In this document: positions 34,402-45,941 of the stretch, piece by piece
Position numbering within the stretch: the stretch's first letter is position 1
Layout of the letters: each line of letters begins with the position of its first letter
Source: Basidiobolus meristosporus CBS 931.73
Lineage: Eukaryota; Fungi; Basidiobolomycota
NCBI GenBank assembly: GCA_002104905.1
Contig: MCFE01000346.1
Location: 1-64,000 of the forward strand
Direction of reading: 5' to 3'
DNA: 64,000 nt
Program-made: the position numbers and the translations under genes
Notes under the pieces: model-generated
The model's database searches: none
Seen by the model: only the letters and a program-made list of their open reading frames with translations
What the model was told of the DNA's origin: nothing

Positions 34402-35838
34402 ATGCTGACGGAGCCCGCTCCCCAAACCGCTACCGCTTGCACAAAAGAGCTCCCCCTCTACGAAGCCGAGGGAGAGGCCCGAATGAATCCCAACTTCTTG
34501 CCACAGAAAAGCCATCCCATTAGTTGGAGCGATTCGGACGTCGAGAAGCTTCTGGATTTCCTCCACGAGAATTTCGAAGATTACAGGGAGAAAAAGTCCG
34601 ACTTCTACAACAAAGCTTCCGAATTGTTTGAGGGGATTAGCCCCATGCAGATAAAGAACAAGTTCAAGAAACTCTTTCTCAGATACAGAATGATAATGAA
34701 GGAGGCTGGCCAGGCTGGCCCCGAGTATTACAACCCTTGGAGATATTACGATAAAATCGACCGGCTTTTGCGGTCCCACTTGGGCCCAGACGAATTCACT
34801 CAGTCGGTTGCTACCGAAGGGGGTCTAGGAGCCCCCCCTTCTCCTACCGGGACTGGAGCTATTCACAGTGGCCAGCAGCCAGCCCCCACCACAAACTTGC
34901 CGTCACAGAATTCTCCCATCACCCCCGCTCAAAATGGTGTAGCGGACGACACGCGCGAGAAGGTCATGGCTTTCTTCAACGCAGGCCGCCGAAGTACCGA
35001 CGTATTCATATGGACTCATACCGAAACCCAGCGGTTGCTTGATTGTCTCGAGAAGCATTTCGACCTGTATTCCAGGAAAAAGACCGACTTTTACGAAAAG
35101 GCCGCGCAGTTATTACCGGGAGTCACCTCATTACAGATCAACAACAAACTGAAAAAAATGGTTCGCCGGTATCATGATATTCGCAAAAGCCCCACTCCTA
35201 GCAACAACGGTGCGGCGACCTGGGTTTATTTCAAGCAGCTTGATCGTATATTTCGTTCTAGTTTGGACGGTGGGGGTTTCGATAGTGACAGCAACAGTTC
35301 CAATATGGACTCGAATCACCATGAGGATGCTTGCCTTCCGGGGATCACCCCGGTCGCTAAGCCCCCGAATTCGATAGACTCAAATGGTAATGGTGGGGGC
35401 ATATCGCTATTTAATCAATTCCCTTTGGGCAATATTGTGCATCGCGTCGATAAACCAAGCGTCGTCCCTACACCGTCGACCCCGACCTCTCTTGATCTGG
35501 AGACCTTACATGCTACGCCATTTCGTGAGGTGGAGTCGCGCGGTCACAGCCAGAAGAGACCACGATACGAGGATCATTCAAACCAGGGTATCACTAGTAC
35601 GACTTCTCTCGAATTGGAGGAGATTTTACGACATTCGGAGCCGGAGGTTCGAAGCCAACTACTCTCCATCAAACAGAGGGAGTTGACGATGAAGGAGAAG
35701 AGCCTGGAGATCGATCGAGAAGTTCGGTTGAAGCAGTTGGAATTCGACCGGGAAATTCGGTTGAAGGAGCTCGAGCTTGATAAAGAAATCCGTCTGAAGG
35801 ACTTGGAATACAAGTACTTGCAAAGGCGGCCTTTGTAA
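34402..35838 (+). CDS. Intronless protein with two Myb/SANT-like (trihelix/MADF-type) domains and a C-terminal hendecad coiled coil
   Basis: Duplicated W.......LL..L...F..Y..KK.DFY.KA..L..G....QI.NK.KK....Y...W.Y...DR; tail DREVRLKQLEF/DREIRLKELEL/DKEIRLKDLEY. Confidence 0.85.
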   Translation: MLTEPAPQTATACTKELPLYEAEGEARMNPNFLPQKSHPISWSDSDVEKLLDFLHENFEDYREKKSDFYNKASELFEGISPMQIKNKFKKLFLRYRMIMKEAGQAGPEYYNPWRYYDKIDRLLRSHLGPDEFTQSVATEGGLGAPPSPTGTGAIHSGQQPAPTTNLPSQNSPITPAQNGVADDTREKVMAFFNAGRRSTDVFIWTHTETQRLLDCLEKHFDLYSRKKTDFYEKAAQLLPGVTSLQINNKLKKMVRRYHDIRKSPTPSNNGAATWVYFKQLDRIFRSSLDGGGFDSDSNSSNMDSNHHEDACLPGITPVAKPPNSIDSNGNGGGISLFNQFPLGNIVHRVDKPSVVPTPSTPTSLDLETLHATPFREVESRGHSQKRPRYEDHSNQGITSTTSLELEEILRHSEPEVRSQLLSIKQRELTMKEKSLEIDREVRLKQLEFDREIRLKELELDKEIRLKDLEYKYLQRRPL

Positions 35839-36378
35839 GCCAGCCCCGCAATCGATGCAGATCTGGTTGAACTTCACCCCATCTTTGTCGCATTTGCAAT
35901 ACCTCAGTTGTCCTCCCGATTATCGCGCACCTCGTGTCCTACATACATCCATCACATCCGCATACACACACATACACATACGCATACGCATTCACTATAT
36001 TCGATTGTTTATATCATTTTTGTCCAGAAGCAATGGTTTATTTTGATGTCGATTCACTGGGATATTGAGCCATGAGGACAAACCCGCCTGAGAATTGGCT
36101 TGGATATATCAAATGGCCTGTAATATACGTTCGTTTTCTTTAGAATATCATCCTGCATGCGTGCGTTTCTGGATAAGCCACGCAAAGATGGGTATATGTA
36201 TGGGAGCCAGTTTCCGGTCTCCGAGGGGATTACGCAACGGAGCTATGGCCAACGAGTTGATAGATGAGAGATTCTCGGAAATATGCCAATGTAAATAAAC
36301 TCTATAATGTATGCTCAATGTTATGCCAGGGGAATGGTGCATAGGCGGCAGGCTCATTGCCATGAGCTGGACCTAAGT

Positions 36379-38395
36379 TTACGCGTTTGTAATCAAGTTC
36401 CTTCCATGGCGCAGTGTTTCCCACCATATCTTGAGTGCACCAGTCAAGTGCAACCACGTCTCGTACATCCCTAGTGGGACATCCATTCTGAGGAAGCGCA
36501 TGTAGCACTTACACCAGCGCCAGATGGACCCCAGACCACTCACATTTGCATTGGCCTCCTGGCATTCTTCTCGGATAGCGTTTGCACAGTAGCGCCCCAT
36601 GATCACGTAAGTTAGCCGTTCGCTGTGAGTAGTTTGGAGTGCCTCGTCGACCGATCTCAGCAGATCGTTTGTTTTAATGAGTAGTAGTACTATCCTGGGG
36701 ATCTTCGCCAAGAGTCCGACGATCTCGCCAAGCAGATGATCCATCACAGTCTGTTGGATTCTCAACATCTCCTCCTTTGTGCGCTTTTGCGAAAGATCTT
36801 CGCTTACGATATTCCACTCGCGCCCGGTTAGTACGCTGGAAAAGAGTTTGTATGCGTTCGTGCCGCCGACTCGGTTACTGTAGAGCCGGATGACCTCTTC
36901 GTCTCGGGAGATTAGTCCGTTCCAAAGATGTGCGTAGTCTAGTCGAAATTCTTTGCTCAGGGACCGGTAAAGCCCGTGGTCGAGGAGCACGATCTCGAAG
37001 TTCCTGTGGGATCTGGAGCCCTCCGGCTTGGTCCGTATGAATATATTCCCAGGGTCTGAAGGTAGAAGAGTTAATCTTAGAGAAAACTTGAGTCCACCGC
37101 ACTATGGACATGAAGAGGTTACTTACGTGGATCACAGTGCACCCAGCTGATGGAAATATCCAAGAATGGCTCGGTTAGATTGGATGGATTGACTTCAAAA
37201 CACTGGTGATTTCTTACCCTTGAATGAAGATCATCTCGGAGAAGATTCTTGTCAGCTCAGTGGAGACGTCGTTAGGGTTGATATTATGCAGCTTCATGAA
37301 GGCAAGGTCGTCGATTCGCGTTCCGTCGATGACTGGGAGAGCCAAGTTAAACAGGTTGTGCGCAATTTACAAAGGGGGGGAGACTTACATTCCATGCACA
37401 GAATTCTACGTTGTGCCCAATACACCTCCGGAATTTTCAAGGTGGTGTTGCGAATGGTCGAGAAGTTTTGTTCGACCTTTCTGGCGTTGTCCATCTCGAA
37501 CATGAAGTTCAACTCTTTTGGTAAGCTCTCGGACATTTCATCCGCTAACCACGAGAACTCGAACTCGGGTATGGCCCATTTGACCACTTTCGTGACGAAC
37601 GTCACAGTGGCGATATCTATCTTCGAGTAGTCATCAAGATACGGATGCTGAACCTTAACGGCAACCTCTTGTCCAGTTTCGCGCAAGGTGGCTCGGTGAA
37701 CTTGGGCAAGAGAGGCTACGCCGAGAGGGATGGGATTAAACTCAGAGAAGAGCTCGTTGATTGAATGGCCAGTATCATTTTTGAACAGCTCGTCGATGTC
37801 CTCCATGGAAGTGACCGGACAGCGATCCTGAAGTGGCGCCATAGTCTCGGTCCATTCATCTGGCAGTATGTAAGACATGGCGGAGATATGTTGGCCCTAC
37901 AAAGGGTTGAGCTGGTAAGCGAAAGGGTGCTCGGGGGGAGCTGAGGAAATAAGTGTTTACCAGTTTGATGTATATCCCTGCGTTCTTCTTCAACACCTCG
38001 AGAATTTTTTCCGCTGATCTTTTGTGAACCTGAGATTTCAGTTGCTTGTGTCTAACCTCCTCATCTGGAGTGACTGGCTCGTGTCTTAATGTCCATTTGT
38101 AATCCACAATCACCACTGCTCCGACCCAGCCTGAGCGAGCGCATCTTACTAGGCCGTCAGTGAAGTAACGAAAGGGATCATATGTATGATAAGCCACACC
38201 GCCAGCCGCGGCAATTGTAGTGTACTTCAAAGCGGTCTTGCCTACATTAGACCAAGCGGAAGCTACAGGCTTGATTGTTGTTGTTGAGGTCAGCTTTCGG
38301 CGTAGAAGGAGAGGAGGGAGGCGACTCGGTGTCTTTGGTAAGAAGTCACATTTCGCCCCTAGTCCCCGTACGGTGAACAACTTTCTAGAGGTCAT
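36379..38395 (-). CDS. ABC1/UbiB atypical kinase, ADCK1/Mcp2-like, mitochondrial; multi-exon
   Basis: NAGIYIKL, LQDRCP, PLGVASLAQVH, VAVKVQHP, ELNF..E..NA, LLDHGLY, LLLIKTNDLLR. Confidence 0.9.
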
Positions 38396-39242
38396 TTCTT
38401 TCTTCCACGGTCAAAGCGAGGAGCGGGCTTGACTCCCGGTGGATAAAAAATTTATTTATCATACCATTCTTTCCTCCACCGAATCCCGCAGTAGGTGATC
38501 GAGCAAGCGGTGATGGCCCTGATTTCTCCATTCAGTCAATGCTAATCAAGTCACAGGTGGGGTGAGGAACATAGACGGGGGCGTTGGTTGGTCCAGGTAA
38601 ATATGTACTTGGGACAATACTCGTTCCGATATATTATAGGAATGAGATGATTTGAAGGATCAGGAGGGCAGATGGTTTCGGAAAAATTAGGCCTATCCTG
38701 AAGAAGCTCCAGCACTATGACCCAACCTCGATCAATAATGCCATTTCGATGGGATTGCTGGAATGTGACAAGCTGGGGTTTGGATGTAGCTGATGGTTGG
38801 AGGGAAATAAAATGCTGAGTGGCGTAACTATGCCGGCATGTCCGTTGGGGTACTGTTCATCGCTCATTAGGTGCAGTAGCAATGTTCTGATGTACAGCCG
38901 CCTCCTGCACTCTTGAAAGACTAGCAATTTATATCTCGCATTTGAATGCAGAAATGAATGGTGTGCTGAAGGATGTGTCTTGTTAATAATATTACCATAT
39001 CTACAAAGCGCTTCAGAGTGAGTCTCGAAGAGTAACCCCAAGTAGCGCGCCTGATCCGTCTGAGGAACGGATCTTTTGGACCATGTATCTAATATTCCAC
39101 TTGCTTTCTAAGAAATCCCAACCCGAATTTGACAGCAGCAAGTATTCCATAATTGGTTGAATGTGTAGGCACGTCCTTGGCGGGGCTTTGAATAGACTAA
39201 TGAGGAGTGCTCTCCTTCGCTGCTGTGCATACCTTCTTCGAG

Positions 39243-39248
39243 TATAAA
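39243..39248 (+). promoter_or_regulatory. TATA box (TATAAA) upstream of the small secreted-peptide ORF
   Basis: TATAAA 88 bp upstream of ATG 39331, followed by a pyrimidine-rich leader. Confidence 0.4.
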
Positions 39249-39330
39249 GCTCTGACTTTTGTGCCCGGAAACTCGCACTCCCTTCCTTATCTAAGATTCT
39301 TATTGCCTCCCTCTAATCACTCCTAAAGCC

Positions 39331-39465
39331 ATGAATACTCAGGACATCCGTCTCCTCCTTGCAACTCTGGCTGTTCTGGCTTTCACATCCTATGCAGCAG
39401 GATACTCTTTACCAATCAGCGAATTAGAAAGCACATGTTGTGATAAAGGGAAGCCCTTCGGCTGA
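39331..39465 (+). CDS. Candidate 44-aa secreted peptide MNTQDIRLLLATLAVLAFTSYAAGYSLPISELESTCCDKGKPFG
   Basis: Translated by hand; signal-peptide-like N-terminus, AAAGCCATG start context, upstream TATA; below the ORF-track length cutoff. Confidence 0.5.
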   Translation: MNTQDIRLLLATLAVLAFTSYAAGYSLPISELESTCCDKGKPFG

Positions 39466-39742
39466 TATGGATCGCCACTTTACTCATGATACCCGCACCG
39501 CATATCGAGGGCCAGTTTGAACATTTTGTGTTAGGTGATTATTAGAAATTCAAATAAATGGCGCGCTATCCCATATGACTACTTTCACCTGTCGGCGCGC
39601 TTGGAGGAATAGAAGCAACATTTATTGATTCTAACGAAATATATTGTACATCCACGGATCTTCCAACCCAGTGGTGGAACCTACTATTATAAATGGGGCC
39701 CTGGTCAAACATTATCGGCTGGTAAAATAGCTATAATACAAA

Positions 39743-41132
39743 TTAATTCGGGCTCACACTGTTCTCGTTGAAGACCAAGGCCGGCACTCGGGCCTCTGCC
39801 CTACTCGGTTGAGAGGACGTGATTTTTTCTAGCAATGAAGATGATGGGACTGAGACAGTTGATGAGGTTGAGGTTCCTGAGTAAGTAGGGTAGCAACGCG
39901 AGTGACCTTCGTATTGCACCGACTCACGACACCCTTCTATCGTTTGTCTGTAGGAACGAGCAGGCTGCTCAGACGGCGGGCGAGGTCCAGTTCGCTCGCT
40001 CCTGCCCAGCTCAGGACAGAGTGGCAGCCGTGCCATGTGGTGACTGGGATACGGATACTTGGTATTTTTACACCTATAGCTGTTCGCAGCAAAAATAGGC
40101 TCGGGTCGATAGAGCGGCATCTCCGAAATATGCAATGAGTGGGATAGGATTCTTTCAAAGATAGCGGTGGAAAACTCCACCAAGGAAAAACAGCTATTCC
40201 CCATCTCGGTATCAGACGGGACAAATCGCTGCTGTTGAAGAAGGATTCTTCGAGCTTGGAATCGTTGGCGGATATGGTTGATAGCCATCCGTGTACGATG
40301 GTCGTATTCGGATGGAGATAGTTGTGGAGGTATTGTGTTGGAAGCGGGCTCACGATGCATACTTGCAAAATGGAACAGAAAATGCTTGAAGTAGCGCTCA
40401 TTCCATCGAAGTCGGATTCCTGTGCTTTTAACCAGCTGGACCGTTGCTAGCGTGCTCCAAGAGGTTGTGAGCTGCTTGATGAATTGGGCAACCTTACTTG
40501 AACGCTCGCCTATGACCAGCGTTACCACCAACTCTATCGTCTGCTTGATGTCCCATTCACCCACCACTTCGGCAATAAGGCTGGCGAACCTCGGACAGTC
40601 GATTCCCCAGTGATAGAACAATTTCACCAACAACTCGGCAGTCCTCTGAACTGACCATTCGTTCACTAGCCACTTGATGGCTCTAAATACAGATTTGAGG
40701 TTGGTTTCTTCGTAATCAGCGATGATCCTGCGCATATAGTATGCTATATAATCGACGTTGTTTTCATTGTGAATCCAGTTGTAGAACTGAGTGTTATAAG
40801 TGTAGTCCATGGCTAAAGAAAACCCAAAAGTAAAGGATGAGAAATGGGGCCCTGGAGGCATCAATAGAAAAAAATAGTTACATACAGCGCATAGCGGCAT
40901 CGACCTCTTCCAACAGGCTGGCATCGGTCAACTTGGAATCTGAAGCAGTGGTCGTTGTAGTGAGTGCTTGGTCGAAGGACAGGTCAAATGGTGTACATAC
41001 CGCTTTCAGAGCCAAATATATGCTTCATTATTTTCTAGTGAAAGTCAGGCTACGGATATCTGAGTAAAGTCAAGACGACACTTATCCACCCTTGTCTTGA
41101 GCAAAAGCAATATGGCGGAGAGCAGCCATCAT
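39743..41132 (-). CDS. Hypothetical protein, Trp-rich helical N-terminal domain and low-complexity tail; 5' exons approximate
   Basis: Open frame of >350 codons (MDYTYNTQFYNWIHNENNVDYIAYYMRR...); GT-AG introns upstream of 40812. Confidence 0.7.
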
Positions 41133-42067
41133 GGGGAGTTATAAGGACGAGGGAATCCAAAAAAGGGAATCTAGCCCTTAATTGGATTGTTGGTTAGGTG
41201 GGCTGGGAAAGGAGAGAATAGGAATGTGCCTACGCAAATCTGATATGAAATTATTCAAACAAATATCAAAATGGAAATCGAATATGAAATTATTCAAACA
41301 AATGAACACAATTCAACCTATTCACCACATTCAGCGGCCCACTCTATTCTTCCATATCTCGTAATAGACGATAGTTTGGAGATGTATGAGTAACATGAGT
41401 GGCCAGAGCGAGTGGGCCGATTAGCATCTATATTGAACCATAATTAATAAATCAGCCATAATGAGCACATTTCATATCACAATCGAGATTTTCATATCAT
41501 GTTGGGGCTCAAGCGCCACCCACCTTGGCGTGGCCATTTGTTTGGGCTCAGCTCCACGCTAGGCATACCCAGCGCTAGCCCACAGTCTGTGCGATCTCCA
41601 TCCGCATTGCCCTGCACCTCTCTATCCTCCTCAAGGAAATCAAGACATCTGTGCCATTCGGTTTACACAAGGCTTCCCAACTAATTGAGACAGATGTGCA
41701 ATCTGATCAAAAGCCTGCTTGCCTCATGGGAAAGAGGCCAGTGCCCAATCAAGAAGGCAGCATTCTCCCCAAGATCGACCGCATGGCTGAGCACAAAGCG
41801 CACATGGCCCCCAGCTTTCGAGAAATATGCGCAACTGAAGATGGGTAATTCTTCCTGACACCTTTTGCCCTTAAGGGGTGAAGATTAGTCATTTTTACTG
41901 GCGCTGCATGTACTTCTAAATTCAACGCATGATTTCGTATACCTTTTTGGTTCCGGTTATTCCATATGTCCGCAGTGCAATCGATCAAATCCACCCATAA
42001 AACTTTCGCTTGAAGACTTATCGCAGTACCTTGGTAAATTTGTATATTCTATTATCGATCGATTCTC

Positions 42068-43109
42068 ATGTCAGCCACTTCCCCACCACCTCCCTCCGAG
42101 GTCAACGAAGCCAGTCCACTGCTTGCAAAGACCACAGAGCCTAATGTGCGCCACGTTTTGTTGGGACTCATTCTGGTCGCCACCTCTTCGTTGGCTTTCT
42201 CTACCATGTCTTTGTTTGTTAAGCTGGTGGGCTTCAACTTTCCCCCCATGGAGATTGTTTTCATTAGAAGTATCCTTCAGTTCGGTCTTGCCATAATCTC
42301 CTGTTGGTACATGGGTGTGTTTCCTTGGGGTGAGCCCAGTTTGAGGAAAGGGCTCGTAGTTCGTGGATTCGCCGGCTCCGTAGGTCTTGCACTTTTCTAC
42401 TATTCTCTGACGAAGCTGCCGCTATCCGATGCAACAGGTAAGCTTTATGCATAGTGGATGTTAACGTACTCGTGCTTACTCCACCATCCTAGTGCTGTTT
42501 TTTGTGAGCCCCATTTTCACCGCCATCCTTGCTCGCCTATTCCTTAAGGAATCGTACTCACTTTTCGACCAAGCAGCATCGGTCGTTTCCTTCACCGGGG
42601 TGATATTCGTTGCCCAACCGGAATTTCTTTTCGGAGCCAGAAAATCCAATCCTTCTGACATCGACTCCACCTCGCGCATCATCGCCTGTGTGGCCTGCGT
42701 ATGTGGTAGTGTTGCTTCCTCAATAGCATTTGTTACCATCCGTCAGTTAGGTTTAGGGGTTCATTACATGGTTCATGTCGTGTATTTTGGCGGGATTTCC
42801 TCGATTTTCTCATTGATCGTCTCGTTGATCTTTGAGCCCGTGAAGATCCCTAGCACCCTGTACGATTGGGTGGGTCTGTCAGTGATCAGCGTCTCCGCGT
42901 TTGTTGGTCAAGGTCTTCTCAACTACGGCCTTCAGCTTGCCCCGTCAGGGCCTGCGACATTGATGCGGAACTTTGATATCGTGTTTGCGTTCATCTTTGG
43001 AATCACTATCTTCAAGGAGATTCCAGCAATGAACTCCCTCCTGGGAACTGGATTGATTCTGTGTAGCACGATTGGCATGGGAATCAAGAAATGGGCTGGC
43101 CGTAGATAG
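42068..43109 (+). CDS. EamA/DMT family transporter (SLC35G-like); one intron ~42438-42491
   Basis: Ten-helix pattern; FPPMEIVFIRS, LPLSDAT.LFFVSPIFTAILARLFLKE, GQGLLNYGLQLAPSGPATLMRNFDIVFAF. Confidence 0.92.
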
Positions 43110-43525
43110 ATTCCGTGTGTAGTCCTACTCTCCGTGTGTTGCCAGCCATCGAGTACAATAAATAGGGATTTGTTAGACTTGCACATGTGCATTTCATTTG
43201 CCATTTGATCATGATGCACTGCGATATTCAACGAGCGCAAGTCATATAAGCCATTCCAAAAGCATAAGTTAGCAGAGAAACCAATGTGAGAAATACAAAC
43301 TCCATGATTGTGTGTTCTAGAACGTTTCATGGGACTGCTGTCCGTCTAAATTCATTAGCGGCTGAGGCATCACTGGTGATGTGACAGTATTCAATTGATA
43401 TGCAATAATATTTGTCTACTAGCTAACTCTTAATTACTACTCGACTAGCTATTACCAACCACATACGTAGATTGAATCCTTTTGGACACCTCGGAAGAAT
43501 CTCCATCTTCACCTCAGCATACAGT

Positions 43526-44657
43526 ATGACTGAGAATACGCCATCCCCAGTTGCGTCCGAGGTGAGAGAGGATCCGACAACCTAAGTTACTAAAACTCTG
43601 GAAGCCATCCGTCTAGCAACTGAAGAAGTCGGGTGCAAGGTATTTGTGGGCAATCTTTCTTTTCAGACCACCGAGGAAGGGCTCAAAAGTTTCTTTGCTG
43701 TTGCGGGTAAAGTGTTGGTATATCTCTGGGGTTCTGTCAGGATAAAATACTCTTCTTTACTAAACTCTCCCTTCCCTATAGCCTGAAGACAAGCGTTATT
43801 ACCCGTGGTACACGTTCTCTGGGATATGGTTTCGGCTTCTATGAGAGCGAGAAAGAAGCTGAGGAGGCTGTCAAGCAACTGGGCAAGAAGGAGTTGGGTG
43901 ATAGAGTGATAAACGTTGAGGTGGCTAAGCCTTAGGAGATTCATAGTATCCAAGCCCAAGCTCAATCACAGCGCGAACGTGGAAGAGGTGGTCGCGGTCG
44001 TGGTCGTGGCAATCTGGTACGTGTTCAACAGGAATGGCGGTTTCGGATAGAGCTGGTTTTCATCGAACTTGCTTGGTACAGGAGAATCGTTGTAGGTTCT
44101 CTAATCAAGAGCATAACAATGGTGAGAGTGAGCTAGGGAACCAAGCGCTAACTTACCTAGGCGAGGAAGTATCTCAAGCTAACACCGAGGTACTTGACTA
44201 CAATCAGACTACCAATGACTCGTACCATGACCGATATCGTGGAAGAGGGCGTAGACGTGGATCAACGAGAGGTCGCAGATTTGGAAGTGATCGCGGAGGA
44301 TTAGCTTCACAGCCCCACCTGAGAAAACCATCAAAGACTACGGTGTTCGTTAGCAATTTAACATATTCATATGGTAATGTAGAGCTTCAGAACCTTTTCC
44401 AAGGATACAAAATCGTGTCATCTCATGTTGCGTACATGAAATCCGACCGCTCCGAGGGCTTCGGGTTAGTTGAATTCGCTGATGAAGCTGAGCAACAGTG
44501 TGCCCTTGCCAACAATGCCAACATGCACATAGATGAGCACGATATTTCGGTGAAAGTAGCACGAAGCGAGACACATTCAGAAAGCACCAATAATGATGAA
44601 GATAACCAACTACATCTTGAATCTTCTAATCTTGCTCCACCATCCTCTAGCGAATAA
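43526..44657 (+). pseudogene. Two-RRM RGG protein (Tcg1/Gbp2-like single-stranded nucleic acid binder), apparently disrupted
   Basis: KVFVGNLSFQTTEE, TRGTRSLGYGF, INVEVAKP, then in-frame TAG 43933-43935 and a frame change before RRM2 (TTVFVSNL...SEGFGLVEF). Confidence 0.6.
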
Positions 44658-45009
44658 ACCTAAAATTTTGGACCACTCAAACCGACAGGCAAGTAAATAA
44701 TCAAGACACCCTTTTCCTCTGGGACTTGTACAGATTCATATATCAACCCTTGCTGCTTCCACTTCCTTCATCAACCACAATCATGATCAATTCTGAAGAA
44801 GTTTATTTATTGTTGTTATTGCCCTTGAAAGATCCTCACCAAATACACGTTTCTGGAAAGGCTTGCAAATTAGACATTATGTACAGGTGGAAATTGGCTC
44901 AGAGGGACTTGCTCCACACATAAATGCAGTAGACTTGCCCAGAACAATCAAAGAGCGTTGGCTTCGTTGGAACCTGGAATATCATGGTAGCTGCGTTAAA
45001 CCCAGTCAA

Positions 45010-45594
45010 TTAGATAGGGGTATACAAAGATAGTTTACTTGCAACTAGTTCCAGCGTTTTGGTCACATCACGCATATCTTGCTCAATAACCTCGGCCCAG
45101 TTCTGAACATCCCCCAGTTCCTGTAATGAATAGAAAACGACATGTAAGCATCCAACAGAAAGTCAACTGGAAAGTCGGTATAGGGTACCTTGAGTGCGCT
45201 GTTAAATTGATCAATGAGCTGAAGCCAATTCTTGGCTTGCTTAGAATATTTGTGAGCCTGTAAGCTGATCTTCTTCGCAGATTGCTCAAGCTCCTTTTGA
45301 TTGGTGTATACTTGTGCTACCCTAGATTCCAAGTATTGTCAGCGGGACAAGCCATCACTTTGACACACAGAAATAGGGTGAACATGAAGTTGGAGACAGG
45401 TACCGTTCGTTCAAATTGTCCGACAAACAATCAGTTAAATCATTTAAAGACTTGACTGCCTCTCGTCGAAGTTTCTCTATCAAAAACAAGCTCAGTTACC
45501 CTGCAACTGAAGACAGGTTTTTCAAGCTGTTACCATTATCTTTACGTAAAGCTGCCTGCTTAGCATTGTGCTCCTTCAAAGCTTTCGCCAACAT
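45010..45594 (-). CDS. BLOC1S1: BLOC-1 subunit 1 (GCN5L1); multi-exon
   Basis: MLAKALKEHNAKQ, VAQVYTNQKELEQ, W..LID.FN.ALKELGDVQNWAEVIE.DM. Confidence 0.9.
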
Positions 45595-45941
45595 GTTAAC
45601 GTGGTCAAGTATGTTCAGCAGACACTCATGACATTCAACTCACCATCATCCCAAGATCACGTGGGATAACCATTTATTTGTCAATTCGCAGATCTAGTCG
45701 TGATGAAGCATGAGCAACTGCATATTCCTAGGCGATCTACAATTACATGTAAAAGCCATAGAAAAAGTAGCCAGCATAACCATCAAAAGTAAAAGATATC
45801 ACGGATCCTAAGTGAGCCAGCCCACCATATGTCCCACCAGCGAATATGTAAATGAGAAAAGATACGGAAGGTGCTCAATTGGCAATGCAAAAGAATAGAG
45901 TAAAACACTATCTACAAGTATAGTAAGAGAATCGAGAGTTG

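Noticed and set aside
41243-41303. 22-bp direct repeat ATATGAAATTATTCAAACAAAT (41243 and 41282)
   Set aside because: A single AT-rich slippage-type duplication with no further structure
41590-41848. Open frame ISIRIALHLSILLKEIK...
   Set aside because: No start or splice context and no recognisable motif
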